Made by a program: the position numbers and the translations under genes. A stretch of DNA of 63,970 nucleotides, the filler included, from Octopus bimaculoides (taxonomy: Eukaryota): the NCBI RefSeq assembly GCF_001194135.2. It is 6 parts of 6 records of this genome, joined end to end, with 100 filler letters (N's around TTAATTAATTAA, not from the genome) between each part and the next. Parts side by side here need not be neighbours in the genome. Positions count along the whole stretch, not along the records: positions 59,222 to 62,829 come from NC_069007.1; positions 62,930 to 63,970 come from NC_068997.1; 4 more parts are not named here. One strand, given 5' to 3'. The notes below the pieces were generated by a model, which ran no database searches, was not told the origin of the DNA, and saw only the letters and a program-made list of their open reading frames with translations. This document shows positions 62,279 to 63,970 of the stretch, in pieces. Each line of letters opens with the position of its first letter. The first letter of the stretch is position 1.

Positions 62279-63046
62279 ATTCCTCTCTCTCTCTTAGTTT
62301 GATAGCATGTCTTTCTGTGTTCCCTTCTCTCTCTCTCTCTCTCTCTCTTTCTCTTTCTCTCCCCTCTCTCTTTCTCTCTCTCCCTCTCTCTCTCTCCCTC
62401 ACTTCATTTTCCACTCTTTTCTCTCTCTTTCCGTCTTTACCTCCCGCCTTTCCCCCTCACATCGCACGCTGACTCACTCCACCAACGCCATCTAACGAGG
62501 AGAGGCTGTAAGTTTATTGTCAGACAAAGAAGTTGATAAAAAATGAAAACTAAATCAATACCATCGCCACCATCACAGACCTTCACCCTATACCACGATG
62601 GCCACCACTATCGACGTTATCACCATCATCATCATCATCTTAAGCCACAGACCACTGCCATTACCCAACTTGAAAGACTACCACCACCACCATCACCATC
62701 ATTATCATCATCGTAATCATCATCATCATCATCACCATATCCATCATCATCATCATCATCACCCCATCCCCACCGCCGCCGCTGCCACCACCACTACCAT
62801 CACCATAACCATCAGCCCCCCACCACCACNNNNNNNNNNNNNNNNNNNNNNNNNNNNNNNNNNNNNNNNNNNNTTAATTAATTAANNNNNNNNNNNNNNN
62901 NNNNNNNNNNNNNNNNNNNNNNNNNNNNNGTCAGCTGTTCACTACCAGTGAACTAAGGTAACACCCCTTATTTTTCGAGCACCTTCCGGAATACTCCGAC
63001 AATTATTGGTATGTCGTCGTCGCCATCGCCGTCGTCATCATTGATT

Positions 63047-63532
63047 GCCCTGCCACCCTCCTTTGGCCGGGAGGGACAGGCAGTTTTTATTTGTCTGAAG
63101 GCTGTAGCAAAAGAGGTATTATGGTGGACTCATCTGAAAGGGCTAAAGTCAGACACTTTCTTCTTTGGCCAAGCCCTCAACAACTTCTTCAAGTTTCACT
63201 TGGAGAAGAAAGTGAGGGTGGAGAGGGAAGTGTTACCTTGTAGCAAGATTGTTGAAAGGTGGGTGAATGTTGGAAGAATGGTCAGAGTGAAAGGATCAAT
63301 TCTGAGTGTACACCTGTAAAAAGAAAAGAAGGGCTCTTACCCTGTTGATTAGGTATCACGAGGAACCTTAAAGCGCCACCCTCTATTGGGAGATTTAATT
63401 GTTTAATTCTTATTGTCTTTTTATTGTTTATGCATGAAAAACACTTTCTTATCGTCTTTTGTTGTCTTTTATGTTGTTGCATGTCCTTTTATGTATATTT
63501 ATATCAACTCTTGTGGCCAATAAAGGCGTAAA
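63047..63532 (+). mobile_element. L1/Tx1-like ORF2 C-terminus and 3' UTR, 5'-truncated
   Basis: AVAKEVLWWT..FFKFHLEKKVRVERE..ERWVNV..HL*, with AATAAA at 63519. Confidence 0.6.
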
Positions 63533-63578
63533 TTATTATTATTGTTGTAGTTGTTATCATCATCATCATCATCATTAT

Positions 63579-63732
63579 GGAGGCGGTTAGCGCTCTGGAT
63601 GAAATGCTTAGCAGTATTTTGCCCGCCACTAAGGTCTGAGTTCAAATTCCGCAGCGGTCGACTTTACCCTTCATCATTTTGGGTCGATAAATTAAGTACC
63701 AGTGAAATTCTGTGGTCAATGTAATCGACTAG
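63579..63732 (+). mobile_element. SINE family B
   Basis: Family match. Confidence 0.7.
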
Positions 63733-63768
<36 letters not shown>

Positions 63769-63771
<3 letters not shown>

Positions 63772-63970
63772 TAGTTTTATTTTTATAACGTGCTTTCACT
63801 TCACTACCGAGCGCAGCTCTGTGCGCCTTGGGTATGTGCTGTGGTTTGCTGTGGTGCTCTTATGTTTACTGTATTGAAAGTGTTTTGCGTAGAATGTGTG
63901 CAGTACCCAGTAGTGCAATTTTCTGTATGTTATATATATTTGTAAGTCCTGCTATTTTTGTTATGTATTT
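63769..63970 (-). mobile_element. R4/Dong-type element 3' end (third family) followed by (TAA)n
   Basis: IQKIALLGTAHILRKTLSIQ* (stop at 63866-63868); terminus ctgaataataat running into the repeat at 63734-63768. Confidence 0.8.

Noticed and set aside
54084-63532. ORF1 at 54 kb and ORF2 end at 63 kb as one broken element
   Set aside because: No RT or endonuclease lies in between, and the 63-kb piece starts abruptly after a microsatellite like an independent 5'-truncated copy.

Overview
AT-rich, microsatellite-saturated eukaryotic DNA. It is most likely an octopod cephalopod scaffold; this is inferred from repeat families I recall, not from a database search. There are 14 N-gaps. Most of the window is transposon debris. 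Class II elements: one full-length dead mariner (3406-4690), plus mariner-, hAT- and piggyBac-type MITEs with clear TIRs and TSDs. Class I elements: five R4/Dong-type RLE-LINE fragments, RTE/BovB, CR1/L2-like and L1/Tx1-like fragments, and at least five SINE-like families. Almost all ORFs in the supplied track are microsatellite or gap artefacts. The best host-gene evidence is two + strand exons (25309-25461, 29966-30091) whose in-frame junction creates an LRR N-cap-like C-x3-C-x-C-x8-C motif. The most interesting unexplained signal is a set of minimal type I hammerhead-ribozyme-like motifs (35405-35441, 36881-36960, 56441-56491, 60199-60244). All share an extra purine after A9, and one shows a compensatory G3:C8 core swap. 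Two long inverted repeats also stand out (2079-2355, 30408-30913). No CRISPR array, rRNA or genuine tRNA gene is supported. All folds and translations were done by eye and need computational confirmation.
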